Source: a bacterium
GTDB lineage: Bacteria > Patescibacteriota > Saccharimonadia > Saccharimonadales > UBA4665
Assembly: GCA_021846795.1 (NCBI GenBank)
Contig: JAJZWG010000001.1
Location: 1 to 45,371 of the forward strand
Direction: 5' to 3'
DNA: 45,371 nucleotides
Part shown: piece by piece, positions 44,430-45,371 of the stretch
Numbering within the stretch: the stretch's first letter is position 1
How the letters are laid out: each line of letters opens with the position of its first letter
Program-made: the position numbers and the translations under genes
Notes under the pieces: model-generated
Database searches by the model: none
What the model saw: the letters and a program-made list of their open reading frames with translations, nothing else
Told to the model about the DNA's origin: nothing

Positions 44430-45371
44430 ATGAAAAGTAATAATCAGCTTATCTATAATATGATATTGATATTGGGTGATTTCTTAGCGCTAGTTTTCGC
44501 TTTTTCAATGGCTTATATATTTCGAGTAACTCTTGATCATCAAGCCTTTTCGGTAGCAATTCACGCTAAGACTTATTTAATAATATTTTTATCATTAATG
44601 CCTTTTTGGATTTTAATTTTTGCTTTATTTAATTTATATTCTGAAAGAGTTTTAGAAAAAAGATTTAACGAGATGATGCGGTTAATTTTAGCGTCATTAA
44701 TTGGTATTTTATTTGTAATTTCTTTTTCATATTTATTTAATGTAGCTATTTTTCCAGCTAAAATAGTCGTCTTATATGGACTACTCTTAGCTTTATTTTT
44801 TGTTTTTTTGTTTAGAACATTGGCTCGAATCATTAGACAACAATTATTTAAATATAACATTGGTATTACTAATGTAGTGATTGTTGGGCGAAATCAAGCA
44901 GCCATAGAAATAGCTAATTACCTTAACAACACTTCCAAAACTGGTTATAAAATTATAGCCGTAATTGGTTTAAACAATAAAAAATATTGTCCTTATTTTC
45001 CAAATTTTAACGCTTTCATGAAAGATAATTTAAAAAAAGAAGTTTCAACTATTATTCAAACTGAATTATTTCTTGATAATCAAAAAAATGATGAAATATT
45101 AACTTTTTGCCAAGAAAACCATGTTTCTTATCGATTTATACCAGGAAACAATGAATTATTTATCGGTAATATTACAGTAGATTTATTTCATTCCATGCCA
45201 ATTGTAGCCGTTCACCAAACACCATTAATTGGTTGGGGTCGAATTATTAAAAGATTATTTGATATAGTCGGTTCAATTATTTTAATTATTTTGTCAGCAC
45301 CATTCATGCTAATAGTCTTAATTATTTTAATGTTTGATCATGGTGATCCAATTTTTAGTCAAACAAGATTA
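44430..45371 (+). CDS. Polyprenyl glycosylphosphotransferase (WbaP/CpsE-type sugar transferase), 3' end outside the window
   Basis: The frame is open from ATG 44430 to the window end (314 codons). N-terminal TM bundle, a central VVIVGRNQAAIEIA Rossmann-like part, then KRLFDIVGSIILIILSAPFMLIV...GDPIFSQTRL, the start of the bacterial sugar transferase domain. Confidence 0.75.
   Translation, partial: MKSNNQLIYNMILILGDFLALVFAFSMAYIFRVTLDHQAFSVAIHAKTYLIIFLSLMPFWILIFALFNLYSERVLEKRFNEMMRLILASLIGILFVISFSYLFNVAIFPAKIVVLYGLLLALFFVFLFRTLARIIRQQLFKYNIGITNVVIVGRNQAAIEIANYLNNTSKTGYKIIAVIGLNNKKYCPYFPNFNAFMKDNLKKEVSTIIQTELFLDNQKNDEILTFCQENHVSYRFIPGNNELFIGNITVDLFHSMPIVAVHQTPLIGWGRIIKRLFDIVGSIILIILSAPFMLIVLIILMFDHGDPIFSQTRL

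Noticed and set aside
44573-44860. 95-aa minus-strand ORF
   Set aside because: It lies antisense to the open frame 44430-45371, which encodes a recognisable polyprenyl glycosylphosphotransferase.
1-45371. Alternative genetic code (UGA or UAA reassignment) as an explanation for the murC in-frame stop
   Set aside because: Long conserved genes (dnaK, ftsH, lepA, aspS) are intact under the standard code. TGA terminates the histidine phosphatase gene just before a tRNA and also ends the antitoxin, doc and gmk-like genes, and TAA terminates many genes. No suppressor tRNA is visible.
1-45371. CRISPR arrays, rRNA genes, prophage or defence islands
   Set aside because: No regularly spaced direct repeats were seen, and no cas-like, restriction-modification, integrase, capsid or terminase-like ORFs. 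The only mobile-element protein is the truncated IS3 transposase.

Overview
This is an AT-rich, very gene-dense bacterial chromosomal segment that reads with the standard code: TAA, TAG and TGA all terminate conserved genes. Most genes are on the minus strand.

Housekeeping backbone:
- A complete HrcA/CIRCE heat-shock set: hrcA-grpE-dnaK-dnaJ, hsp20 and ftsH.
- A gmk-like kinase, lepA, murJ, tilS, a Dus-family enzyme and an archaeal-type aspS.
- An ABC-2 exporter and a MarR/MFS pair.
- O-antigen-ligase-like and polyprenyl-phosphate sugar transferase genes.
- rimK with its retropepsin-like partner, a stand-alone GGDEF cyclase, and an FNR-like/ApbE redox pair.

A four-gene type IV pilin-like (minor pilin/adhesin) operon lies at 21.2-25.4 kb.

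All three CAU-anticodon tRNAs are present: elongator Met, initiator and probable Ile2. Two of them abut small accessory islets that look more GC-rich by eye. These islets consist of toxin-antitoxin modules (mazEF, phd-doc) and their decayed duplicates. The left edge carries a PIN toxin fragment and a dead IS3-family element. A murC-like Mur ligase gene is interrupted by one in-frame TAA.

Gene content and style suggest a reduced-genome Patescibacteria/CPR-like organism: short proteins, many N-terminally anchored hypothetical proteins, pilin-like genes, and a minimal HrcA and TilS. This is inference only.

I found no CRISPR array, no rRNA and no recognisable defence island. The most unusual things I can support are regulatory. 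CIRCE operators are built around the -35 hexamer, and promoters are frequently of leaderless type. There are also several small uncharacterised modules: the redox cluster, the pilin-like adhesin operon with a trailing micro-ORF, a LexA-DBD-only regulator pair, and a NadD-like pseudoenzyme.
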